A DNA stretch of 59,828 nucleotides, the filler included, from Platydemus manokwari (taxonomy: Eukaryota): the NCBI GenBank assembly GCA_037951405.1. It is 5 parts of 5 records of this genome, joined end to end, with 100 filler letters (N's around TTAATTAATTAA, not from the genome) between each part and the next. Parts side by side here need not be neighbours in the genome. Positions count along the whole stretch, not along the records: positions 1 to 14,125 come from JBBMOY011522523.1; positions 14,226 to 30,286 come from JBBMOY011202543.1; 3 more parts are not named here. One strand, written 5' to 3'. Every line of letters begins with the position of its first letter. Within the stretch, counting starts at the first letter, position 1. The position numbers were made by a program, and so were the translations under genes. This document shows, piece by piece, positions 13,996 to 25,922 of this stretch. The notes under the pieces were generated by a model. The model was not told the origin of the DNA, did no database searches, and saw only the letters and a program-made list of their open reading frames with translations.

Positions 13996-14125
13996 TTATA
14001 TAATTGAAAAATATTAGAAATGAAATTCAAATTATAAATTCTCTTATAAAATACTTGTAATTTTACTGTTGGAAAATTTATCACACAATCTAGAATAATA
14101 AATTTAGAAAATTTTAGGGTATATT

Positions 14126-14225
14126 NNNNNNNNNNNNNNNNNNNNNNNNNNNNNNNNNNNNNNNNNNNNTTAATTAATTAANNNNNNNNNNNNNNNNNNN
14201 NNNNNNNNNNNNNNNNNNNNNNNNN
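14126..14225. other. Artificial contig linker (44N + TTAATTAATTAA + 44N)
   Basis: Exact 100-bp spacer containing a six-frame stop oligo. Confidence 0.99.
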
Positions 14226-14568
14226 TCATTCAGCGCTTAAAATTTTCATTGGAAATTCAGTTACAAATTTAGTTAACAAAAAATATTTTAAAATACCAGT
14301 TTTGAAAATGTAATAGAATTGGATCCAAATGCTAATATCATAAATCAACCATGAACATAGTTATCCTATTAATGTAAATAACAATTCGGTCTCACTGGAT
14401 TAGTGTATCACTCGCTCATTTATAACAGATATACTGATAGAAGAAGACTTTTGTAGGCAGTTTGTGTTTATATAGTGCTCGATTTAACCGAATTATGTTT
14501 AGGATTTCCATTTTTGTGATTACTTTAAAAGTATATAACTCCTTATTTTACAAATATATCCTTTAAAC

Positions 14569-15325
14569 CATGAATTTCCGAAAAGGGTTCTACCACCCCT
14601 TGGTAGGCGCTGCAAGGATACAGAGGGTCGGTGATGAATACAAGCACATTTGGGGGTGATAATACTATAAGAAGGTAAGAAAATGATTATTTAAAAATTT
14701 AGTGTATCTCTTTAGCTCAAAACGCTTAATTTGTCTTTAAATACAGCAGAATCTCCACAATTACAAGAAGAATTGGTGGAAGCAAGTACCAATGATGTGT
14801 TAAAACATAAATTCAAAAGCAGCTAACAAAAATTCTAGTTACAAAAGGAAATTTCTACAGCTTATCCTGAAGTATAGGCTGTAGTTCAAAAGTTCCTCAT
14901 TGCATTTCCTTCTTTATATCTGGTTGAGCGTGGTTTCAGTGCGATAGCCAATTTATTAACCGAAAACAGAAACCGCTAGCAGATAGTCAATCGAGTGATT
15001 TAAGGTTACTTCTGACGAAAATAGAGCTCAATGTTACAAAATTAGTAGCAGCACACCGGGTTCAATCTTTTCATTAACATAATTTCGAGTTTTTGTATTA
15101 AAATCTATTGTAAGTTCAACAAACATGTTCTTACTTTCTAAATGCATTGTTTCTACCTAATTCATATATCTTTTTAATATAGTTAATGAAATAGATAGTA
15201 ACATTAAGATTTTTTTATAATTTGCTACTAAGAGTTAAAAAAATTGTTGTGAGTTAGTTTGGGGCCGCTAACTAATATTTATTCTGAAAAGGGTACGGTA
15301 ATGCCGAAAAGATTGGGAATCACGG
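14569..15325 (+). mobile_element. Non-autonomous hAT (Buster/Charlie-type) transposon, 757 bp, retaining a decayed transposase C-terminal dimerisation domain
   Basis: Perfect 8-bp TSD CTTTAAAC at 14561-14568 and 15326-15333, with the central TA typical of Buster. Imperfect TIRs CATGAATTTCCGAA / TTGGGAATCACGG. 14749-15077 reads ESPQLQEELVEASTND..F*LQKEISTAYPEV*AVVQKFLIAFPSLYLVERGFSAIANLLTENRNR..DLRLLLTKIE..H*. Confidence 0.9.
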
Positions 15326-16094
15326 CTTTAAACAGATAACTGACTCTTTCAATGTAAGTGTTATTGAAAGACAAACTCAGATTTAACACATCAGTTGAAT
15401 TCGCTGTAGTAGCAAACTTGAGAATGTTTTACAAATTTTTATAAGAGTTTATCTAAATTAATTCAGATTGCTCTTCCAAAGGATAAATACTAAAACTTTC
15501 TACTAGTAATAAAAATAATCAAGGCGTAATATTCACTGAATTATTTACTCGGTATTGTTGAGGAGAATTAATTAATTCTAGTGATATTTTGATTACAAAT
15601 CAAGTGCAGCTGGTATGTGGGAAAATTCATTAATTAAGACGACGAAATTTCCAGTATTAATTTCGCAAAAATCCGCATAGAAATCATACAACTTTTTGTA
15701 ACTCGGAATATACTTGCTTTTGAATCATTCTTTTTTTTCTATTCGAGAATATTTCTAAAGTTTGAACTTTGAGGTATTTTCTTTACAGTTTTGGTGAATT
15801 TTCCGTGTACTCTCAAAATAAGAAGTCCTACTTTATTCCAATGTGTCACTAGACCAATCAAACTATTTCATCCAATGTAGCAAATCCGAATTTGAAATTT
15901 AGTGATGAATTTTTCAAAACAAAGATTTCAATTATGGATTTTCACTTGTTTTAGAAACTAGAAGATCTTCATCCAATCCAATAAGATCTAAGTTATGAAA
16001 AACAGCTTCGATTGAAATTCATTTCACAGATATTAGAGAAATTTTAGTCTTCTTATTGCAATTTGATTTTTAATATTACCTTTAACAAAATGAT

Positions 16095-16545
16095 TGTAAG
16101 CCGCCACTATATTATAAAACACGCATTGAAAACAAAGTGAAAAGTCACGACATCAAATTATATTTTAATTCCGATTATTCCAACAAATTCATATTTTATA
16201 AAAACCTGATTTTAAGATATTTCAAATTTTAATGCATTGAAAATCCTCAAATGCTTCTTTCTTTATAATCTTTGATTATCTCTGAATTACTGATTATATC
16301 GGTAATAAATTCTCTAGTTATTCCATATTTTTTCTCTATTTTATATTTTCTTCATATCATCTCTTTATCTTCTTTAGATCTTCTCTATAAATTCTCTATA
16401 TCTTCTTTATGTGCTTTTTTATGTCTTCCTTTCGTCTGTTATATACTCCCATGCTATAGACACTCACAGAATTGAATCCAAATGCGTGATCACCATGTAA
16501 GCCTCTTCTGTATTACAAAGCACACATCGAAAACTAATTGACCAA
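16095..16545 (-). mobile_element. TRIM-like mini LTR element, copy A (degenerate)
   Basis: Two related direct repeats start at 16095 (TGTAAGCCGCCACTAT..) and 16496 (TGTAAGCCTCTT..). On the minus strand the upstream repeat ends in ..TTACA followed by TGGTGATC (PBS-like). The internal region is purine-rich. Homologous to 27970-28507. Confidence 0.45.
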
Positions 16546-18727
16546 TATTTTATAAGAATCTGATTCTAGAGTTTTCAAATTTCAATTCCCACAATGAGGA
16601 TACTCAATAACAAGTTATTTGGAAGATCTTCTCAAGATCAAATTACTACAAAAGGTCTGTAGTAGACTCTCCTTCGACGAAATAACAAACTTGAAACTCA
16701 TATCAATCAATCGATGACCATTAAATTACTTAAAGAGATATTAATCTCCTTATAGATCACTACCCTAAAAAATCTTAACAAGATGCTACTCAATTACCCT
16801 TGTCAGGCCAGCTTCTTAGCTAATTCAATTCACATACAAATAGCATAGATTTTGAATGGAATACATTACTACTTACTTGCAATATAGAAGTATTTATTTT
16901 TTGACTATTTTTAACCAATAGAATCTCTCTAAAGTTATACTTTTAAAATATATAAGCTATACTCTAATTTGAAATTTATGGAAACTAAAACTGAATAAAA
17001 ATAACGAAATCATTTTGTTATTAATCAGTTATTTTTCACTAAAGTTGGTTAATTTACTTTCTGTGAAATTTTCCGAATGTTCAAATAATAATTTCCGACC
17101 AGTACCAGTTATTTGAATATAATTAATCATTCCTTCCTCATGTCACCATTTCCCAATCATTGATTCCATTTCTTTTGAGTTAGTGATGAAAAGATTTATT
17201 AATGATTTTATGTTTTACGGTTTCTCGGATTCTATTGGTTGGTCGCATTTTTTGTAGCAAACAATTCAAAGTAAACTGGAATGTAGCTTTTCCCAAAATA
17301 AACTCATTGATTTTTGAAAACAATTCCTATGATAATTTCCTTGACAATATCGAAAAAATTGATATTGGTTTCAGGAAATTTTTTCCAAGAAAGATGACGA
17401 GACAAATCTCGTATGATGTTGCTTGGGAATTTTTGCATGGTATCGATTAAAATTTTTTAGCTAAATTTTTCCATTCACTTATTTATACAATTTTAAAACC
17501 TCACTCACAAATAGTGTTTAATTTCAAATTTTAAAATTTTTTACCTACTTATTAATAATAAGTAGACTTTCTTGAGATTTTTTCTTTATTATGTGGAACT
17601 TATATCAGTAGCAGGATTTTGTTGAAATGTATAAACAGCCGCAACTTATCAGTTTGACTATTTTATACGATAAACTGAAAATTCGATATCTATTTGATTA
17701 AAAGAAGATTTTTATTTCAAACCATTTTTGTAAAATTTTATGAATACGATTTGTTTTATTTTTATTATTTTTTTCAACTCGTGATACTTTGTTTTAATTT
17801 CAAAGTTACATGTATCGATTTATAAAAATTTTCGACAATCAAAAGCTTAATTTGACAAAACAATATTTGCCGTATACTAATATTTGTAATTTATTATCTC
17901 ATCAATGGGTTATCTGAATCGACTTGATATGTTAAAATCAATAATGAAAGAAATACGCGACATGACTGTCATGAAAAAGGAGTTTATCAACAATTATTTG
18001 TCGATAACAATTGTCGATAACATTCCAAATTTATTTGAGTTCAGATTCAAAGTTATGACAAAAGTCTTTCCGAGATAATCATGTCCACGGATATGTAATT
18101 CATTGAAGTATCCGCTGTTGATATTATTAATTCTTTAGCTCAGCGATTTTTAAAAATTAATTCGATAATCATTCAACTTCTAACAGTCGGTTTGAAAATC
18201 AATATAAAAGTGATAGCAAGAAAATATATTGATAAAACAAATAGAAAAATTCGAAAACAATGTCAGATTTCCATATAAATACCCCATCTATGTGTGATAT
18301 AAACAACTTCCTGTAAACATGTCTCTCCATGAAGCTCAAAATAATCTTTAAAAATCTCCTAATCAATTTCAAAAAAGAAAGAAAAGCTCGCAGATTTATA
18401 ACATCTACAGTTTTATTGATCAATAAATAAATTTATCTAAAAATCCCAAAATGATTCTATAATTAAAACAAGAAATCCGTGAAATAAATCGTTCTCAAAA
18501 TCTATCAATCAATCAATAATCGAGTGCCATCGATGAAAGCGAATAATAATCGAACAGAAAAATGTCCACACATAATGGGAGCCACGCCAACAATTGTGAT
18601 GTCAGAAAAAAATTTTTATTCACAAATTATGACACAAAAATATTTCAATTCTAGATCAATTTTTTTCTTTTTGTAAAAAAAATCGAAATTTCTCCAAAAA
18701 TCAATTTTTTTTCCATGAAAATATCGT

Positions 18728-21700
18728 TTAAGAAAAATAATATTCAAATTTGCCATGATGGAAAAATAAATTTCTTATCGGTAAAGAAATTTCGCTGAAG
18801 TTATTGACAACTGATCGATCGATATTGTTGGCATTATTGTTGCTATTGGAAGAAATGACGTCATTGTTGTTGTCGGTATCGAGAGAATTGCTGCCACCAT
18901 ATCGATCAATAAATTCCAATAATCGAATTGCCAATTTGCGAGTGGATTTCTGATATCGATCGGATATTTTGTCGATATTGGTGGTGAATTCGTTCTGATT
19001 GAAAACATCTGTGGAAAACAAATCCATTTTAGATAATTGGCCAAGAACGGATTTATTGATTTCATGATCGAATAGCGGAACACCGAAATGGATGTGTAAG
19101 AGAATGATGTCGGGTGAGCAAGGAACTGATTGATCGATATCGATAAATCGATCACTGCTGTTATCAGCTTCCAGATAGCTGATGAATCCACATTTATTGG
19201 ACAAATCGATAATGTCATTCAATTTCCTCACCAAGTCCTGGAGTTGTGTTGGCACAATCGATTCGATATCAGCTGTTGGGAAAACGAGATATTTTTCGGT
19301 GAATCGATTATCGAAATCATATCCTTGCACCAAGATAGGGCTGTGAGTGAGGGCATCATTGATTGTGACGAGAGCACAATTCATGGGAATGACGACAGAT
19401 TCTTGTTGCCAAGGAGTGATGAGGAGTTTCGAATAACGAGAGAACTGTTTTGGGAGGGTTCGTAGTCGAAAACCATTGGTTAAAAGCAGTGAAGGTGGGC
19501 CGGAAGAAGTGGAAACGTAGAGAAACAATTTGAACCACACGGATGACACTTCTGGAATGACCGGTCCGAAATGAGGGAGTTCGGGGTTTGTACTGATGGC
19601 CATTTCCGATCTCGACACTCCGCTTGAATCGCCCGGATTGTTGGCATTTGATTGGACGGTGTTTTCATTGTTGCTAAGGTAATTGATGGGTGCCATACTG
19701 ATGAGACAGCGATAATTCTTGCTGAGCATTCGAGTTCTCGAAGCGCAATCCAGACTGAATAGACTACCGCAACGTAATAAATCCACTCCATACCCTGAAA
19801 TGGCTCGCAATTCACGAATTGTGTGTCGCAAATTGACAGCGTGTTCGTAATACCGTTGAGCTTCACCCTCACCAACATCCGACACAGCATTGAGTTCTAA
19901 GAGAAAACTGTCGAGACTTTCTTCGGATAATTTCCCCACCTCGAACATGGTGACGGCGTGATTCTTCAATCCCACCGAAAGATTGCCCATCATGAGATAG
20001 GCCGTCAAACTGGAATCGAAAATGAAAGCGATTTTCTTCGGTTGAATTGCAATGCTCGATGGAATATTATCATCTGTCGGTGATGAAATGTGTCCATAAC
20101 TACCGACGGTGCCGTTGCTAGGTGATGGCGTCATAAATAGAGAATTGCTATATTTCATATTTCCATTCAATGAACCGTTTTGATCGTTTGACAACTCATC
20201 ATCGCCTTCTTCCAGAAGAAAAGTTTGCATTTCATTCAATTCCGAACCGTTTGTCGGTTCGATTTTACGTAACGTCGGACTGGTAAATCCTTGCCAAGAA
20301 CAGTGTTGAACGTGATGATAAATGTTGTTGTTGACTTTTTTGTGAGCAAATTGCAGCCGACAAAACACCGAAACGGCTTGTTGAACGAGATGGAGAGGAA
20401 TTTGGAGAATTTGTGCCAGATTTTCCACGGTTGTATTTTCATCGATAGCAACGAAAATCTTGTAGAGCAATGTTTCGAAATAATCGCCAGTCGTTCGATT
20501 CATGACAAAACCTTCCAATGTTGGCACCGATATGGTAGCGTGTGGCTCGATTGGAACATCGACATAAACCATTCCACGCAAATATAGACTTTTCAATTCG
20601 TCCCGATCGATCATTGCTGATAATGCTGGACCTTTATCGATGATATAATCAATGATTTCTTTGGTATTGTGGGAACATGTTTCGATATCGTGCTCCAGAA
20701 CAATACCAATACTGACCAACCACCATGGTTCGATGATGATCGATTCGACTGGACTTTGTGGAAGCAAATTGCGAATCTTTTCAATGAGATCTTTGCGTGG
20801 ATTTGTTGTGCTCAAACCCAACAATCGACGACCAGCATTGACCATGGAAACGGCAGTACCGGTATTGTTGGTATTGGAATAAGAACCGCGTAAATTGTTC
20901 ATCAAATCGATATATTGGTTTCGACCGATATTCAATAATCGTAAACAATCAGCGGCAGTGAAATTGGGAATGAAATCATATGATTTCTCCTGGCTCATGA
21001 TTTGACAGAGCATATCAATATAATACATAAATGGTGTCGATCTCAGACCACTGACCATGATATCCTGTAAATGATAAGGATATAGGAACATGTGATCTCG
21101 ACTGTAAGCCAATAATTTCTCATAATATTTTCTCTCATTTTTAGCAATCTGTAATAAAATATATTTCCCATATCATCAATTGGCTCATCACAAATATAGT
21201 AATCATCAATATTTTCAAATCATCATCTAATTAAAGTGTAAAACAATTCAATTTTTTTATTATTATTTATCAGATAATTTTTTCAAAATCAATGATATAT
21301 TGTATTAGATTAGTGAAGTGATTTATCTGATTACACATCATTACAATCAATGTCTAAAAATAGAACTGGATGACTCATGCATTAATATTGATTTTCACTA
21401 CAGGCATTCCATCAGTGTTGAAGCAAGTATTAAAAATTCTATCGATATTTTCCAGTGTTGATTCAATGTAAAAATAAAGCGAAAAATTGAATTTCAAAGT
21501 GAACAGATGAAAAAGGGATTTTTATTTCAGTGATATTTTTGCAAATTTATATTTTGTGAATTTATTCAATGAGAAATGATTGATTGAAATCAAAAACAAA
21601 TCGTACGAGATTTTATATTCATATTTTTCTTCAATGACAGATTTTTAGGACAAAATATTATTCCAAAATGTCAACGGGTATGAATAAAACAAGAATTTTT

Positions 21701-22881
21701 TATGGATAAAACCAAATAATAAAATTAATTAAAAAACCAAACATAATTGAGAGGTAATTATTATTGTTTTTTAATTGAATGAGTTATATTATTGAATTTT
21801 TATTGAATTTTCTCTTAATATTTACAAATCGATAATTGTCCACTTACACATGTGATGGACCTTTGCAATAAGATGATGACGTAACAAATATTTAATACAA
21901 TAATATGTATAAATGATGATTATAATAAGATTAAAATTATATCACTCATAGAAATAGATCGAAAAAAACCAATGAAAATTTAATTAATAATTTAATATAT
22001 TAGATTCTTACGAAAATTCAAATGATAATTGTTAATTAGTAAATTCTAATTAATGGCTTTGGATATTTACTATGTAACTAAGAGACGGGGTCGATACACT
22101 ACCTATTTATCGATTTTTACTCAAATTTGTAACCCAATAAAATCATCTCAACTCCAATCAACGGGAATCTGTTCAAAACTATTATATATTTTGAATCAAA
22201 CAATGAATGAATAAATAATTTTAAAAAAATTCCAATTGTTATTATCAGCCTTAAATAAATACTCAACATTAACTTCTATCGATTATTCGTGCGAAATTTA
22301 TCCAATGAAATCTTATTTATTTGCCTGTGTGTTGTAATGTTTGCTAAAATGGTGAGCTTTCTTTTGGTAAAAAAAATAATAATAAATATCAATTATTATT
22401 TAAAATAAATCTAATAATAATAAAATATTTCAAAATGCTCTTAAAATATTCTAAAAATTTCTTTAATTGTCTCTCTACTTCAAAATTGCATATCGATAGA
22501 TGGAATATTTTGGTACTTTTATAATAAAAATTTTTATATTAACAAATTATCATATTATTGTATTATGTAATCATGTAATTATAGTTCTAATGTCACAACT
22601 TGTAGCACAATAACAATTATGAACAGCAACTAAATAATTTAATAATCGTTTTTATACATTTTTAATATAATTTCAAAATCGGCATTTATAAAAATAGTAA
22701 ATAAAATTACTTTACTGATAAGGCTCGTCTTGAATCGTAATTGATTTTGAAGACTATAATTCAAAATAGCCTTACTATATTCGGTGATATCATTGCTTAA
22801 TTTCGAACGAATATTAGATGGTAATTGGTGCCATAAAATGTTTTGTTGTATATAAAATGATATATCATTTGAAGATTGCAT
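18728..22881 (-). CDS. FAM91A1: FAM91A1 (WDR11/TBC1D23-associated Golgi vesicle-tethering factor), about 863 aa, 2 exons
   Basis: Exon 1 22881-22711 (MQSSNDISFYIQQNILWHQLPSNIR..LQNQLRF) and exon 2 21148-18728 are joined by a phase-0 GT-AG intron. Family motifs: YSRDHMFLYPYHLQDIMVSGLRSTPF, EKSYDFIPNFTAADCLRLLNIGRNQYIDLMN, VPTLEGFVMNR..GDYFETLLYKIFV, KIAFIFDSSLTAYLMMGNLS.GLKNHAVTMFEVGKL, GEGEAQRYYEHA, HFGPVIPEVSSVWFKLF. Confidence 0.97.
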
Positions 22882-25559
22882 TGTATACAAAATTTTAGTG
22901 CTAAAATTATCTTTAATAAAAAATTTTACTTAATAGATTACATTCATATCTAATTAATTTTTGAAAAGTATGTAATCACAAAAAATGTTTAATAACAGAT
23001 AACTTAATTCAATTATTAAATGAATTACACACAATTCCAAGAAATTTATAGCAAATTAGCTTATTGAAATAAACTGATTTAAGCTTTTATATTTTAAAAA
23101 CTTTCATTTCACATTGTTAAATAAAATTCAATCAATTTTTAAAGTTAATTAAAATGAAAGTTTTGTAAATTATACATTGAAATCAATTATACTTTTAATT
23201 TAAGCTAAATTCATAAGATAATAAAGAATTTAACTAAAAATCAGTTACATATTTATATCAATTCTAAATTAGGTTAAACATTTCAATTTTCACATCTAGA
23301 CGCTTTTCATGATTGCGTTTATGATTTTCTGTATTAATATGGACAATAATATTTTTTTTAACTACTAATATGTTTTATTCAAATTTTATATCATTTTTTT
23401 CAATTTTGAAGTGTAAAACCATTTATTATAATTTATTATGTTAAAATACAGTATAAAATTATATCCAGAAACCATGTTAAGTTAAATTACTAAATTATAC
23501 AAAGCCCAAAAAATCCTAGCAATATCTTATGTATTGTAAATTCTCAGCATCTTGAGCTCGCTTTATCATTAAATATCAATATTTCTAAACTATTTGCTTC
23601 GCTTTTACATCCTCTTTGCAAACACAAATTGCAAAATTTTGAAGACTTGTTTCAACTTTCTACTTTCATCACTTAGTCTCTCGTTTCTTCGAAATGCTTC
23701 AAATCATACAACGTTTCTCTTATATTATACTTCCACCCACTTTGAGTTATATAAGTTTGTAATTTAAATACCAATGAATTACAAACTCAACTTGTCACCA
23801 AACACATTTAAAATGTCGTTAAATCAACAATAAATAATCAAACAAGATGGGATCAGCATCCGTAAGGCAAACGACAAAACAGAAGTCAATCACAAAGACT
23901 GGTTGTCAAGTAAAAGTCACACAGAATAATCGTTACAGACCAAAAGGACTGGTAGATGTTTGTGAAATCTAACTCCTTTACAAGCTTATCAAGTGTGTTC
24001 TCTTGATGTCTCAGAGCTTCCCTTTTCATTTGATAGAGTCGTTCAAACGTCGATCTGTTACCAAATTCTCTTGTATCTCTAGTATCATTGGCGAATCTCG
24101 ATGTTTTTGCTATCTTTGTTATGTGCCATCCGATTATTGAACAGTAAATATAGATTGATATATAAGAAAAATTTGATTGGCTATTCTCGCGTACGCTTGT
24201 TGAGTTTGTGTGTGACAACCCATTGAGGGTTATTTCCATGATTTCCCTAAATATTTTGGTCGTTTTATGATTTATCTAACACATCGAAAAATAATTATAA
24301 CTATCGGACAATATTCAATGAAATGGCAATACTTATCTTCTTTTTAAAGTTAGCTGTCTATACAGAGTTGTCCCGTCAATTCTTCCTTGTCAATTGTATT
24401 TTTTAAAATCGTATCTCTATGGTTGCAACACCTTGTTGAGCGAGATGAAATTCTGCAAAAAGAAAAACGAAATTACAACTGTGAACCCTTGTTTTGGCAC
24501 TTTGAACATTTACATGCCTACATGACCATACAGGTATGCCAATCGGCCAATTACAGTGAAGCTAGCTAGTAAATTGCAATTGGGAAAAAGGGCATAACTA
24601 CACAAAACACACATCTAGGGATTGACCAATCCCATTCATGTAAAAACCTAAATACCCAATAAGAACACAGAAAGGCAAACACCAAATCAAACTGTAGTAC
24701 ATCATGACACAGAAAGATGCACACAGATCGTGAGTATAAAAAGCAATGTAAAGATTGACAACTACCAGTTGGAAGCCAGATTTGGTGAAATCATTGAGTT
24801 AGTATCGATAGTCGAGGTTTTCGTCAGTGTGAATTTGTATATTGATTAATATACTTTTGAGGAGTCAGAGTTTGTTAATTGTTAATACCCCAACAACCAT
24901 ATATTTTAACTAACGCATCACTCACTCGATATTAGTGCATTTGCTGCACCTTATATACACATTTATTACCATTTATTGATTAATCTACCCATTTAATATC
25001 GCTGACAATTAATCTCATTCAATTATCTTGGAATTAATATGCTATTCACCAATGTTGTGTTCAACCTTTTGAACTGAAATGTATTTATTATTCCTTATAT
25101 TCATTTTAACTTCTCAAACATTTTAAGCCACCACGTGGCATTTGCTATCATCCGTATTTTATTATTTCGAATCACAGATTAAATTCCGAAGTTGCAACTA
25201 TTTTATAAAGTTCACATTGAAAACAAATTGTAAAGTCAACACATAAAAGTATATTTAACCAAATTATTTGCTAATTTCTATTTTTATTATGAAATTATAG
25301 ATCATCTTTGAAAATTTCCACTACATCCTAATGTGAACAAATCAAATTTCTTTCTATTTCAAAGACTTAAGTATGTTCTTTAATATTAGTATTTTTTACT
25401 ACTGTATTAGTCATATCATCCATCGATGATGGATATTTTGACATTTTATATTCATCATCATCATATGGTATAATCACATTTGTCATGTTTTTCTTTTCAA
25501 TGTAAACCATCGTTCATTGTCTCCGTTACATCCATCATTTGATATTCTTCAAAAAATTT

Positions 25560-25922
25560 TCATTTATTTTGATCTGAATTAATCAAATTGCTTTTAGAGA
25601 AACTTTTCATTTCCATACCAGACAAATGCTCATCAATATTTCTTGTTTTATTAGCTTTATTGGTTTTTCGCCAGAACAATGTTTGCTTTTTTACTAATTT
25701 CTTCAAAGTTGTTTCGCATAATTCAACAAATTTTTTATGCTTTACACTTTTATGTGGAGTTTCAATTTCTTTGATATAATTAATTTTCTCCACGACACAA
25801 ATGTCCTTTTCTTCATCACCATCGTTGCTTCGGTAAAATTTTAATCGAAAGATATCTTTGTGCTGTGATGTTTCTTTGGAGTTTGTGAATTTATTCATAA
25901 TAGTCTTAAAAATTGTTGACAT
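25560..25922 (-). CDS. Orphan Lys-rich ORF (120 aa), possibly the 5' part of a frameshifted gene
   Basis: ATG-initiated 120-aa ORF in AT-rich DNA with TATATAA about 20 nt upstream. Coding-like sequence continues past the stop in other frames. No family recognised. Confidence 0.3.
   Translation of the reverse strand: MSTIFKTIMNKFTNSKETSQHKDIFRLKFYRSNDGDEEKDICVVEKINYIKEIETPHKSVKHKKFVELCETTLKKLVKKQTLFWRKTNKANKTRNIDEHLSGMEMKSFSKSNLINSDQNK

Noticed and set aside
14170-14181. TTAATTAATTAA recurring four times between N-runs (repeat-array-like)
   Set aside because: Synthetic six-frame-stop linker used to concatenate contigs, not biological.
18775-20893. Numerous overlapping and antisense ORFs (60-147 aa) within FAM91A1
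   Set aside because: Shadow frames of a long, higher-GC exon with no independent motifs.
23520-24460. Coding-like minus-strand patch including the 117-aa ORF 23886-24239
   Set aside because: No recognisable family, stops in adjacent segments and no consistent splice model. Probably an old TE.
24639-24895. Possible solo LTR (TG...CA with internal TATAAA)
   Set aside because: No TSD and no second copy in the window.
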